From an uncultured Methanosarcinales archaeon (GTDB lineage: Archaea; Nanobdellota; Nanobdellia; Woesearchaeales; JAGWAF01), in NCBI GenBank assembly GCA_964529655.1, contig CAZGZA010000003.1:3655-46863 (forward strand): a stretch of 43,209 nt of DNA, written 5' to 3'. Positions 24,952 through 34,005 of this stretch are shown piece after piece. Under the pieces are notes generated by a model. It did no database searches, was not told the origin of the DNA, and saw nothing but the letters and a program-made list of their open reading frames with translations. A program made the translations under genes and the position numbers. The first letter of the stretch is position 1, and each line of letters opens with the position of its first letter.

Positions 24952-25419
24952 ATGGTGGTTAACAGAAGGAAAAAGAATGTGCGGATGCGCGGTTCACAGA
25001 CGCATGGCTGGGGCGCTAAAAAAAAGCATAGAGGTGCAGGCAATCGCGGTGGAAGGGGAATGGCTGGTACAGGAAAGCGCGCTGATTCAAAAAAGCCATC
25101 AATATGGAAGCTGCCGTATTTTGGCCAGCATGGGTTCTTTAATCATAATCCTAAAAAATATAAAGATGTAAACGCTGTAACAACAAAAGATGTTGAGGAG
25201 AAGATTCGTGTTTGGCAAAAGCTTGGTCTTGTAAGTGAGGATAAAGGTTTTATTGTTATTGATCTGCCAAAGATTGGTTTTAAAAAGCTTGTTGCAAATG
25301 GAAAAATTACTAAAAAGATGCGGATTATAGTGCCATACGCCTCAAAGAGTGTGATTGAGCGCGTTAAAAAGGCAGGGGGAGAGGTAATTACCTCAAAACA
25401 AAATCAAAAAGAGGATTAA
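24952..25419 (+). CDS. rpl15: ribosomal protein uL15
   Basis: RMRGSQTHGWGAKKKHRGAGNRGGRGMAGTGKRA. Confidence 0.95.
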   Translation: MVVNRRKKNVRMRGSQTHGWGAKKKHRGAGNRGGRGMAGTGKRADSKKPSIWKLPYFGQHGFFNHNPKKYKDVNAVTTKDVEEKIRVWQKLGLVSEDKGFIVIDLPKIGFKKLVANGKITKKMRIIVPYASKSVIERVKKAGGEVITSKQNQKED

Positions 25420-25450
25420 TCCGGTTTTTTAAGGAATAACAGTTTTAAAA

Positions 25451-26842
25451 ATGTCATTTTTAAAAACATTAATCTCAAATTTTCCAGAGGTTGCTAAGCC
25501 GCTTCAGAAAAAGCTTTCTTTTAAGGAAAAGCTTAAGTGGACGTTGATTATTCTTGTTATCTTTTTTGTAATGAGTCTTGTGCCGTTGTTTGGCCTTGGG
25601 AAGAATGAGCTGCAGAGGTTTGAGTTTTTGTCTATTATTCTTGGAGCGAGTTTTGGCTCTATTCTTTCTCTTGGAATAGGCCCATTGGTTACTGCTTCAA
25701 TTGTTTTGCAGCTGTTGAACGGTTCTGGCATTATTAAGTTTGATTTAACCTCTTCCGAGGGCAAAAAAACGTTTCAGGGCATCCAGAAATTGTTAGGTGT
25801 TTTTTTTGTTATTTTTGAGTCAGCAATCTATGTTTTTATGGGCGGTTTGGCTCCAGACCCGGCTTTGGCAGGAACTTCTTTGTTTACCCAGCTGGAGTTT
25901 GTCCTGGTATTTCAGCTTATTTTAGGCGGTCTTTTGATTATGTTTATGGATGAGGTTGTTTCAAAATGGGGTTTTGGAAGTGGTATTTCACTATTTATTG
26001 CAGCCGGAGTTAGCCAGGAGATTTTTATCAGGGCTTTATCACCTTTGCCATCCCCGACAAATCCGGATATTTCTACCGGTGCGATTCCAGCCCTATTTCA
26101 AAGTTTATCCGCTGGTGATCCCCAAACAGCTGGCTTAATGCTGGCATCAATTGTTTTTACAATCGCAGTTTTTGTCATTTGCGTCTATGCACAGGCAATG
26201 AAGGTGGAAATTCCGCTTTCTTTTGGAAGGGTTAGGGGCTATGGTGTAAGATGGCCCCTGAGTTTTATGTACACTTCTAATATTCCAGTTATTTTGGTTG
26301 CTGCTTTATTGGCGAATATACAGCTTTGGGCCAGGCTGCTTCAGAATTGGGGCTATCCTGTTTTAGGCACGTTTTCAGCTTCAGGCAATCCAATTAGCGG
26401 GCTTGTTACATGGATTGTTAATCCTAATATTGTTAAAAGTGTCATTACAGGCAGCCTTAGCTTAGCTATTGTATGGCAGGCTGTTGTTTATATTTTTATT
26501 ATGATGGTTGGTGCTGTTATTTTCTCCTGGTTTTGGGTTCAGACAGCTGGGATGGATGCTGCCTCGCAGGCAAAGCAGATTATGAGCTCTGGGCTGCAGA
26601 TTCCAGGTTTTAGGAAGGACCCGAGAATTATTGAAAGAGTTCTTAACAGGTATATCAGCCCATTAACAATAATGGGGGGAATGACTGTTGGGTTTTTGGC
26701 GTCTTTTGCTGACCTTACAGGTGCGCTGTCAAGAGGCACTGGTATTTTATTGGCGGTTATGATTGTTTACAAGCTTTATGAAGATATTGCAAAACAGCAT
26801 ATGATGGATATGAATCCGTTATTAAGAAAGTTTATTAAATAA
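25451..26842 (+). CDS. secY: preprotein translocase subunit SecY
   Basis: Ten hydrophobic segments, LGIGPLVTASIVLQLL, GFGSGISLFIAAGV and IPGFRKDPR. Canonical position after rpl15. Confidence 0.95.
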   Translation: MSFLKTLISNFPEVAKPLQKKLSFKEKLKWTLIILVIFFVMSLVPLFGLGKNELQRFEFLSIILGASFGSILSLGIGPLVTASIVLQLLNGSGIIKFDLTSSEGKKTFQGIQKLLGVFFVIFESAIYVFMGGLAPDPALAGTSLFTQLEFVLVFQLILGGLLIMFMDEVVSKWGFGSGISLFIAAGVSQEIFIRALSPLPSPTNPDISTGAIPALFQSLSAGDPQTAGLMLASIVFTIAVFVICVYAQAMKVEIPLSFGRVRGYGVRWPLSFMYTSNIPVILVAALLANIQLWARLLQNWGYPVLGTFSASGNPISGLVTWIVNPNIVKSVITGSLSLAIVWQAVVYIFIMMVGAVIFSWFWVQTAGMDAASQAKQIMSSGLQIPGFRKDPRIIERVLNRYISPLTIMGGMTVGFLASFADLTGALSRGTGILLAVMIVYKLYEDIAKQHMMDMNPLLRKFIK

Positions 26843-26864
26843 CACAAATGAAATAACAACAAAA

Positions 26865-27644
26865 ATGGCTTGGTTAAGTTTTTTGGATCCTGTATTGAAT
26901 GTTATTTTCTGGCCGCTGTTACAGATACCTCCATTTTGGGGGATAGTGATAGTTTCCTTTGTAATATCGCTTTTGATTACCTTGATTTATAAATGGACAA
27001 CAGACCAGAATTTAATGAAACAGCTGAAAACCGAAATTAAGGAATTTCAGAAGCAGGCAAAAGAGCTGAAGTCCAATCCTGCAGAAGCGATGAAGGTGCA
27101 GAAGAGGGCGATGGAGACAAATATGAAGTATATGATGCACAGCCTTAAGCCGACTTTGTTTACTTTTATTCCAATTATTTTGATTTTCGGCTGGCTGCAG
27201 GCAAATATTGCCTTTCAGCCAATTCTGCCAGGACAGGAGTTTAATGTTGAGATGCTGTTTGATGGGGATGGCAGGAATGTGGAGTTAACTGTTTTTCCAC
27301 AGGGTTTAGAGGTATTAAATGGCAATATCCAGAAAGTTGCTGCAAACAGGGTTTCGTATGCTTTAAAGGGCGGTGAGGGCAGGTATTCGCTTGAATTTTC
27401 AGTCTTTGGCGATAACAAAACCAAGGGCGAGCTTTACAAGAAAGAGGTTTTAATTACAAATAAGTGGGATTATGAAGAGCCGGTCAAAGCTATAAACAAG
27501 AATGGTGTTAAAAGCATTGTTGTTGGCAATGAAAAGACAGTCACTCTTAATCTCTTTGGCTGGAAGCTTGGATGGCTTGGTGGGTATCTTATTTTTTCTA
27601 TCGTGTTCTCATTGGTGCAAAGGCGGATTTTTAAGATTTATTGA
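26865..27644 (+). CDS. DUF106 / EMC3-TMCO1-like archaeal YidC/Oxa1 homologue with an inserted ~110-aa domain
   Basis: TM1, then the coiled basic segment NLMKQLKTEIKEFQKQAKELKSNPAEAMKVQKRAMETNMKYMMHSLKP, then TM2. This is the DUF106 pattern, and the gene sits where DUF106 usually follows SecY/adk in archaea. Confidence 0.7.
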   Translation: MAWLSFLDPVLNVIFWPLLQIPPFWGIVIVSFVISLLITLIYKWTTDQNLMKQLKTEIKEFQKQAKELKSNPAEAMKVQKRAMETNMKYMMHSLKPTLFTFIPIILIFGWLQANIAFQPILPGQEFNVEMLFDGDGRNVELTVFPQGLEVLNGNIQKVAANRVSYALKGGEGRYSLEFSVFGDNKTKGELYKKEVLITNKWDYEEPVKAINKNGVKSIVVGNEKTVTLNLFGWKLGWLGGYLIFSIVFSLVQRRIFKIY

Positions 27645-27701
27645 GCTGGCTCTTTTTACGACGAACAAAGATTTATAAATTAAAAGTATTTATTAAAAAA
27701 G

Positions 27702-29126
27702 ATGGTTGAACTCCATAAAAAAGATGTTTTAATTATATTTCAGATAGTTGCAAATATTTTAAGGATGTTCGGCTTTATTCTTCTTATTCCCGCAGTTGCC
27801 GCTGTTATTTTTAATGAGCCGTATTTTGTAAAACTGTTTTTAGCAGCCGGATTAATTGTTATTATTGGTTTTTCTTTTATCAAAAGATTTTTGAGGGAAA
27901 ATGAGTGCAGGATGAAGCACGCATTAATTTCACTGGCAGCGGGTTGGATTGTTATTTGTATTATTTCAGCAATTCCATTTATGTTATCAGAGCTTGGTGT
28001 TATTGATGCGCTGTTTGAATCTTTTTCTGGCTGGTCAGGCACAGGATTAACTATGATGCAAGATCCAACTTTGTTCTCTCGCACACTGGTTTTTTTCCGT
28101 GGTTTTATACAATGGGTTGGTGGTTTTGGTGTTGTTATTTTAGCGTTGCTGTTTTATGAAAAACCGAAGACAGCGCAAACCCTCTTTATGGCAGAGGGCA
28201 GGTTTGAGGATTTTTTTGTAGACCTGACAAAGATTGCCAGAATAATTGTTATTATCTACTCTATTTATACCAGTCTGGGAGTGCTGGCTTTTGTGATTAG
28301 CGGCGTTCCATTTTTTGATGCAATTGTGCATGCAATGACCTCTATTGCAACAGGAGGTTATTCTTCAAATGCTGTTGGTGTGGGGCTTTATGGCAGGATT
28401 CCTATGTTAATCGCAATTTGTTTAATGTACATTGGCGGAATAAGTTTTTTAACGCACTATAAGGTTATGAAAGGCAGGCTCAGCAAGTTTTATAATAATC
28501 CAGAGATAAAGTTTATGTTTTTGATTAGCGCTTTCGCAATGGCAATCCTGTCTATAGACTTGTATATCGCTGGCAAGCCATGGTATTATGATGGCTTGTT
28601 TTATATTGTTTCTGCAATCACCGGCACTGGCAATGGGACTCATGTAGCGCTTGGCAGTTTTCCTTCGCTATCTATTGTTGTTTTTGTTTTGTTAATGCTT
28701 TGCGGTGCTACTTACGGCTCAACATCCGGTGCTTTAAAGATATGGAGGATTATAATTATCCTTAAAAATATCAAAAGGGAGATTGTCAAGCCTTTTTATC
28801 CTGCAGGAACTGTTCTTCAGATTAAAATGGGGCATAATATTATAACTGATGAGGATTCATTGAGGGCAAGTGTTTACACATTCCTGTATCTTGCAATAGC
28901 TGCTGGTGGCAGCTTGGTTTTTATTTTTGCAGGCTATGATATTGTCAACTCATTTTTTCTGGTAAGCTCTGCTCAGGGCAATGTCGGCTTAATGTTATCA
29001 ACCGCAAACTATTTTAATATGAACCCTTTTTTAAAGCTACAGCTAATTATTCATATGCTCTTAGGCAGATTGGAGATAATCCCCCTTCTTATGCTGATTA
29101 GGGGAATATTATTAGTTAGGAAATAA
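27702..29126 (+). CDS. trkH: TrkH/KtrB-family cation (K+) transporter
   Basis: Repeated membrane-pore-membrane units with filter-like glycines GWSGTGLT, IATGGYSS, ITGTGNG and SAQGNVGL. Confidence 0.85.
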   Translation: MVELHKKDVLIIFQIVANILRMFGFILLIPAVAAVIFNEPYFVKLFLAAGLIVIIGFSFIKRFLRENECRMKHALISLAAGWIVICIISAIPFMLSELGVIDALFESFSGWSGTGLTMMQDPTLFSRTLVFFRGFIQWVGGFGVVILALLFYEKPKTAQTLFMAEGRFEDFFVDLTKIARIIVIIYSIYTSLGVLAFVISGVPFFDAIVHAMTSIATGGYSSNAVGVGLYGRIPMLIAICLMYIGGISFLTHYKVMKGRLSKFYNNPEIKFMFLISAFAMAILSIDLYIAGKPWYYDGLFYIVSAITGTGNGTHVALGSFPSLSIVVFVLLMLCGATYGSTSGALKIWRIIIILKNIKREIVKPFYPAGTVLQIKMGHNIITDEDSLRASVYTFLYLAIAAGGSLVFIFAGYDIVNSFFLVSSAQGNVGLMLSTANYFNMNPFLKLQLIIHMLLGRLEIIPLLMLIRGILLVRK

Positions 29127-29137
29127 GTGTGATTTAA

Positions 29138-29794
29138 ATGAAGGTTATTATTGCAGGAGGGAGCAGGTTTGCGCGGGAAATTGCAAGAAACCTGCTAAAG
29201 CGTGGAATAAAGGATGTTACGCTGATTATCGAAGATAAAGAGGAGGCTATGACAGCCAGCGCCGTAGCTCCAGGAGCTATGATTGTCAATGCAAACCCTG
29301 CAAAGCCAGAGGTGCTGAATGAGCTGGATTTGGATAGGTGCGATGTTTTTATTGCTGTCTGCAAAAGAGAGGAGGTTAGTATTCTGGCAGCCCTTTACGC
29401 CCGGGAGCATCGTGTTGAGCGGATTTTTGTGAAGACTACTAAAGAGGATACCAAATTAATATTGGAAAATATAAATATCCACCCAATTGATGTTTATAAA
29501 TCAGCCTCAAAGAATATTGTTTTAGAGGTTGTTGAGCCTTTAATTTCAGAGCTTGTTGCAGTTGGCGCTGGATCGTTGGATATCAGGGAAAGAAAGGTTG
29601 CGAAACATCCTAATTTTATGGGCAAACGGCTCGGAGATATTGAGGGAAAGCTGTTTAATATTATTGCTGTATATCAGGATAATAAATTTGAGTTTGCTGC
29701 AAATACTATTATAAAGAAAGATGCAATCCTAATTATATTAGAGGAAAGTGGGCAGGAAGAAAAGGTTGATAAAGAGCTTAGAAAGGTTAAGTAG
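29138..29794 (+). CDS. trkA: TrkA/RCK regulatory subunit (TrkA-N plus TrkA-C)
   Basis: MKVIIAGGSRFAREIARNL Rossmann start and a C-terminal TrkA-C-like region (LGDIEGKLFNIIAVYQDNK). Starts 12 nt after trkH. Confidence 0.75.
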   Translation: MKVIIAGGSRFAREIARNLLKRGIKDVTLIIEDKEEAMTASAVAPGAMIVNANPAKPEVLNELDLDRCDVFIAVCKREEVSILAALYAREHRVERIFVKTTKEDTKLILENINIHPIDVYKSASKNIVLEVVEPLISELVAVGAGSLDIRERKVAKHPNFMGKRLGDIEGKLFNIIAVYQDNKFEFAANTIIKKDAILIILEESGQEEKVDKELRKVK

Positions 29795-29799
29795 CGCAA

Positions 29800-31818
29800 C
29801 TAAATCTTTTGGATAAACCCTCTTCTTGGTTCAAACAAGTCTCCGGCACGTTTCAGTTTCTGCAGTATATCCTCTGCCTCTGGCTGGTCTATGCCCTTTG
29901 CCTCAGCCTCCTCCATAAGTTCTGATAGGGGTATTGTTTTTCCCAGCTTGTTTTCAAGCTCGTTTATAATCTCCTTGATTATTGAGATTTTGTTTCTTTG
30001 CGTTGCCGGGATGCTTGTGGCAATTCGGTCAATGTCAATTGTTCCGGTTTCCTCGTCAAAAGCTACCTGCTTTAGGCAGTAGTCCAGCAGTTCAACCGCT
30101 TTTTTTGAGTCCTTTTTTGTGGCTCTTGTGCTAAGCCTTAGCTTTGCGCTTGCCTCGGTTAGCCTTATAAGCCCCTCAAGCTGCCTGGCTGAAATTGGGA
30201 TTGTTTTAACCCCTCCCTCTGCTGCGCCAGAAGACCTCATTTTAAGGTAATATTCTTTTAGTTCTTCTGTTGCTGTATCAGTTAATCTTGGATGGATGTT
30301 TTTGCGTGCATACGCAAGATACTTTCTTAGTAGTGGTGTTGGAATCTCCGCAGGGGCTTCCTGAGTTGCAGAGGTTTGATGAAGTGCAAGGATAAACCTT
30401 GCCATTTTCTCATCATTTTTGAGGTTTGGAAGGTCTTTAATGGGAAAAATAAGGTCAAACCTATTGATAAGAGTGGGGGGCATATCAATCTGGGCCGCAA
30501 CAGTGTCGTAAGGGTCAAACCTTCCGAATTTCGGGTTTGCCGCAGCCAAGACAGTTGTTTCGCACCTAAGGGTTGCCTGGATGTTGGCTTTGCTTATTGA
30601 AATTTGCTGCTGTTCCATTGCTTCGTGGAGTGCTCCAGAATCATTCTTGTCCATTTTGTCAAGCTCATCAATCAGGCAGATGCCTTTGTTCGCAAGCACC
30701 ATTGCCCCTGCCTCAAGGCTCCAGCCCTGAAGAAATTCATCCTTGACAACAGACGCAGACAAGCCAGCGCCGCTCGCTCCCTTTCCAGATACATATCTTG
30801 ATTTAGGGGCTACTATATTTATTCGCTTTAATAGCTGGGATTTTCCGCTGCCTGGATCTCCGACTAAAAGAATGTGGATGTCCCCCCTTGTGATGACGCC
30901 ATCTTTTCTTATTTTTCTCTCTCCGCCGATTAAGGATAGTACTAATGCCTCTTTTATTCTATCGTGGCCGTAGATGCTCGGGGCAATGCTGTCCACCATT
31001 TTTTTAGTTAATTTGGCATCGTTTCCAAGCTCCTTTATCTGCTGCATCTCCTTTTCTGTTATTAGTAACTCGCTGAAATCCTCCTCTATTGGTTCGGTAT
31101 AGTTTGCCTCAAGCAGCAAATCAAAGTTTGTACTCTGTCCGCCCGACCTTAAGATTATCGGGACCTCTTTTATGACCCCAATAACCTTAATTTTGGTTCC
31201 GGGGTTTGTTTTTTTGTCAGATATCGGGCTGACTAGGTCATTCTTAAGGAAAACATTTATTCGTTTTGGTTGCTCGCCGCCGTCCAGGCTTTCCGAGTTT
31301 TCTTCTAAAACAAGCCCCTGAGCATCAACTAACTCTTTGTCAACAAGCTTGAATTTTCCCTTCCTGCCGCACGCACATCTGTTTGGCTCCTTGAATTTTT
31401 TATCTAGCTGGAGCACAGGCATTATGCTGCCACAGCTTGGGCATTCAAATTTTGCAGAAGTAACCTTTGGGCGAACATCGGATTTTTGCCTGACTGTTCC
31501 ATCAAGAAGCAGGAGTTTGCCGATATCCTTGCTCCTGATGTGGCGTATAAGTATTTTTTGGCCCGCCGGCAGGTTCTTTAATCTTACGGTAAACTTTTTG
31601 TTTTGCAGGTCAAAGTTTTCAATCGCCATTTCAGCGGCCTTGAGGACCTCTTCCGGCTGTTCAAGGAGCAGGTCAGCCAGTTCAACATCAAATTTTGAAA
31701 GTTCTGCAAAGTCCAGTACAATAAAACGTTCCCCCTTTCTGTCTTTTTCAAGCAGTTCTGCGTAAGAGGTGGATTCGATAAACTCCTCAAACTTTTTTAT
31801 CTGCTCGATGGGATCCAT
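29800..31818 (-). CDS. mcm: MCM replicative helicase
   Basis: Zn motif CPSCGS...CACG, Walker A ILLVGDPGSGKSQLL, Walker B CLIDELDKM, arginine finger region VLAAANP...SRFDLIF, and a C-terminal wH. Confidence 0.95.
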   Translation of the reverse strand: MDPIEQIKKFEEFIESTSYAELLEKDRKGERFIVLDFAELSKFDVELADLLLEQPEEVLKAAEMAIENFDLQNKKFTVRLKNLPAGQKILIRHIRSKDIGKLLLLDGTVRQKSDVRPKVTSAKFECPSCGSIMPVLQLDKKFKEPNRCACGRKGKFKLVDKELVDAQGLVLEENSESLDGGEQPKRINVFLKNDLVSPISDKKTNPGTKIKVIGVIKEVPIILRSGGQSTNFDLLLEANYTEPIEEDFSELLITEKEMQQIKELGNDAKLTKKMVDSIAPSIYGHDRIKEALVLSLIGGERKIRKDGVITRGDIHILLVGDPGSGKSQLLKRINIVAPKSRYVSGKGASGAGLSASVVKDEFLQGWSLEAGAMVLANKGICLIDELDKMDKNDSGALHEAMEQQQISISKANIQATLRCETTVLAAANPKFGRFDPYDTVAAQIDMPPTLINRFDLIFPIKDLPNLKNDEKMARFILALHQTSATQEAPAEIPTPLLRKYLAYARKNIHPRLTDTATEELKEYYLKMRSSGAAEGGVKTIPISARQLEGLIRLTEASAKLRLSTRATKKDSKKAVELLDYCLKQVAFDEETGTIDIDRIATSIPATQRNKISIIKEIINELENKLGKTIPLSELMEEAEAKGIDQPEAEDILQKLKRAGDLFEPRRGFIQKI

Positions 31819-31862
31819 TTTAGCTATAGCAGGTGTTTTTTATCCCGCCACTGTCGTATGCC

Positions 31863-32510
31863 TTATTTGGATAATGCTTTCTTAAGATTCTTTATTAATT
31901 TTTCTACGACAACGTGCACTTCTTCCTCGGTTTTTGTCCCAGTGCATACTATCTTCCCATTAGAAAAAAGCAGGAATGTTGCTTTGGCATCCGGCATTTT
32001 GTAGACCAGCCCTGGAAACTGTTCAGGTTCATATTCTGTGTTTTCCAGTTTCATTGCAAGAACATTAAGATTTAAGTCCATCCCAACGCTGCCGCTCGCA
32101 ACAATGTTTTGTATGTTTATTTTAGGTTCAATCTTGATTTTGATGTTAATCTTTTCCAGGCTTTTAATAATCTTTTTAAGAGCCTCACGCACCTTATCCA
32201 TTGAACGGGCGCCTGTGCATACAACCTTTCCTGAACTGAATATCAAAGCGCTTGTTTTTGGCTCTTTTATTCTTATTACAAGCCCGGGAAACTGTTCAGG
32301 GTTATATTCAGTGTTGGAAAGCGTTGCCGCCATCTTTTCCAGAGGGATATCATGCTCTAACGAAGTTGAAATGACAATATTTACAACCTCAATATCTTTT
32401 CCAGCTTGAGCAGCTTTTCTTTGTTCTGCGCTTTGTGTGGATTTTAGTGCCAGAGCTTTTTTGTTTTTGTTGGAAGAATTTGGTTTGGATTTGGTAGCCT
32501 TTTTTGCCAT
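31863..32510 (-). CDS. tbp: TATA-box binding protein with a ~39-aa basic N-terminal extension
   Basis: Two TBP repeats (IEVVNIVISTSL...EQFPGLVIRIKEPKTSALIFSSGKVVCTGA and IQNIVASGSV...EQFPGLVYKMPDAKATFLLFSNGKIVCTGT). The ATG at 32510 is preferred because a GGGGGT Shine-Dalgarno-like motif lies 6 nt upstream. Confidence 0.9.
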   Translation of the reverse strand: MAKKATKSKPNSSNKNKKALALKSTQSAEQRKAAQAGKDIEVVNIVISTSLEHDIPLEKMAATLSNTEYNPEQFPGLVIRIKEPKTSALIFSSGKVVCTGARSMDKVREALKKIIKSLEKINIKIKIEPKINIQNIVASGSVGMDLNLNVLAMKLENTEYEPEQFPGLVYKMPDAKATFLLFSNGKIVCTGTKTEEEVHVVVEKLIKNLKKALSK

Positions 32511-32581
32511 TTTTTGACCCCCGATTAGTAATAAGTGTTTATAAACCAAGGCTCTTTATAAAGCTTATGCTTTTTAAAATT

Positions 32582-32818
32582 TTAAAATTTTTTAAACTTC
32601 TTCTTCAAATATGCCATATCTTTTGCAGCAACTTTCTTTGTTTCTGTGTCTTTGGTTAAGTTCTTCAGTTGATTCAATCGCCGGACAATTGTTGCATAGC
32701 TGTCTTTTTTTACTGCAGAGGATAGTATTGCATGCCTTCTTGCGTCACTTTGTGTTTTCTTCCATCCATAGAGATGCCCTTTCTCTATTTTTGCCCATTT
32801 TCTTGTTTTTCCCGGCAT
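32582..32818 (-). CDS. small basic hypothetical protein (78 aa)
   Basis: Intact ORF in a tight same-strand array, Lys/Arg-rich. I do not recognise a family. Confidence 0.45.
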   Translation of the reverse strand: MPGKTRKWAKIEKGHLYGWKKTQSDARRHAILSSAVKKDSYATIVRRLNQLKNLTKDTETKKVAAKDMAYLKKKFKKF

Positions 32819-32841
32819 TTTTTACCCTTTTATGCTTTCTG

Positions 32842-33927
32842 TCACTTTTTACCAGATTGAACGGTTTCAGTTAACCTCTGAAAGGTTGTGCAGCTGTTTT
32901 TCAGCCATCTGTCTTTGATGCTCTGGCAGAGTGTAAATTGCTTTGTTTCAATTGCGATATCCGCATAGCATAGCTCTCTCTCCTGTTCAGAAAAAATTAA
33001 GGGGCAGACAGTTGCATCAAAACTGACGCCAGCAACAGCAGAAAAGCATCTATCGCTTAATTCTGTTGTTGGCATATCCCGGCAGGTTGTTTTGGCAGCC
33101 TCAGGCTTTTGCCGTGCTAGTAGTGCTGTCTGCTGGATAATACTATCCATGGATTCAGTGAAGGTTTGTTGTTTTTTGCAGTCGCTACAGGTTTCTGGCG
33201 CCTCGCCTGTTTCGCATCTAAGGTTGCCGCAGCAGGGAACTATTGATTTATATTGACATATCCCCTGTAGGCATGTATCTTCTGTGCAGATGTTTTGGTC
33301 GTCGCATTTGGGAGTACACTCCTCCTGTTTTGTTTCCAGAACTAGCTTTAGCTCCTGCCCCGCTCCTTTAGGTATAACCTTAAACTGAAAGCTTGTTTTT
33401 ATCTCGTTATTGTTATAGCCCAGTATTGCCTGCAGAATGTATTGCCCGGTTGATAAATTTTCAGGCAATTGAATAATAATTTGGCGTGTTAAACTCTGCT
33501 TAAAGGTTAAGTTCTCCTGTAGTTGAACTATTTTTTTGTTGGTGTAGTCCACAATTTTAAATATTATTGTTGCTGCTTTTTGCTTTTCCTGGCCTGAAAT
33601 AGTATAGCTAAAGCTTAAGCTTTCATCAGGTTGTAATGCCATTTTTTCTGGAATAAGCTTGAATTCAACTTCAGCTTCTGGTATGTTTGTGCATTTACGT
33701 ACAGTAAAAATTATTAAACCCAAGAGGAATATTCCCAGCAAGATTGTTAGAAGGGCTTTTTTATTGATTTGGGATTTTGGATTTTTAACAGCATAAACTG
33801 CTGCTATTGATTCATTGATATCACTGATGTTATATCCGGCAAGTGCAAGCGTGTTTTTAATGCTTTGAATAGAATACCCTTTAGCAAGGTATGTTTTCAC
33901 GTAGTTGACTATATCATCACGCAGCAT
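32842..33927 (-). CDS. single-pass membrane protein with a Cys-rich extracellular region
   Basis: N-terminal soluble module (KGYSIQSIKNTLALAGYNISDINESI), one TM (LLTILLGIFLLGLIIFTV), a beta-rich middle and a C-terminal region with about 20 Cys (CTPKCDDQNICTEDTCLQGICQYKSIVPCCGNLRCETG...). Confidence 0.6.
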   Translation of the reverse strand: MLRDDIVNYVKTYLAKGYSIQSIKNTLALAGYNISDINESIAAVYAVKNPKSQINKKALLTILLGIFLLGLIIFTVRKCTNIPEAEVEFKLIPEKMALQPDESLSFSYTISGQEKQKAATIIFKIVDYTNKKIVQLQENLTFKQSLTRQIIIQLPENLSTGQYILQAILGYNNNEIKTSFQFKVIPKGAGQELKLVLETKQEECTPKCDDQNICTEDTCLQGICQYKSIVPCCGNLRCETGEAPETCSDCKKQQTFTESMDSIIQQTALLARQKPEAAKTTCRDMPTTELSDRCFSAVAGVSFDATVCPLIFSEQERELCYADIAIETKQFTLCQSIKDRWLKNSCTTFQRLTETVQSGKK

Positions 33928-34005
33928 CTAATATTTTATATCTAAAAAGAAGTTTTTAATACTTTGGATGAGATAAAATACAAAAAAAACAAGATATATA
34001 CAGGT

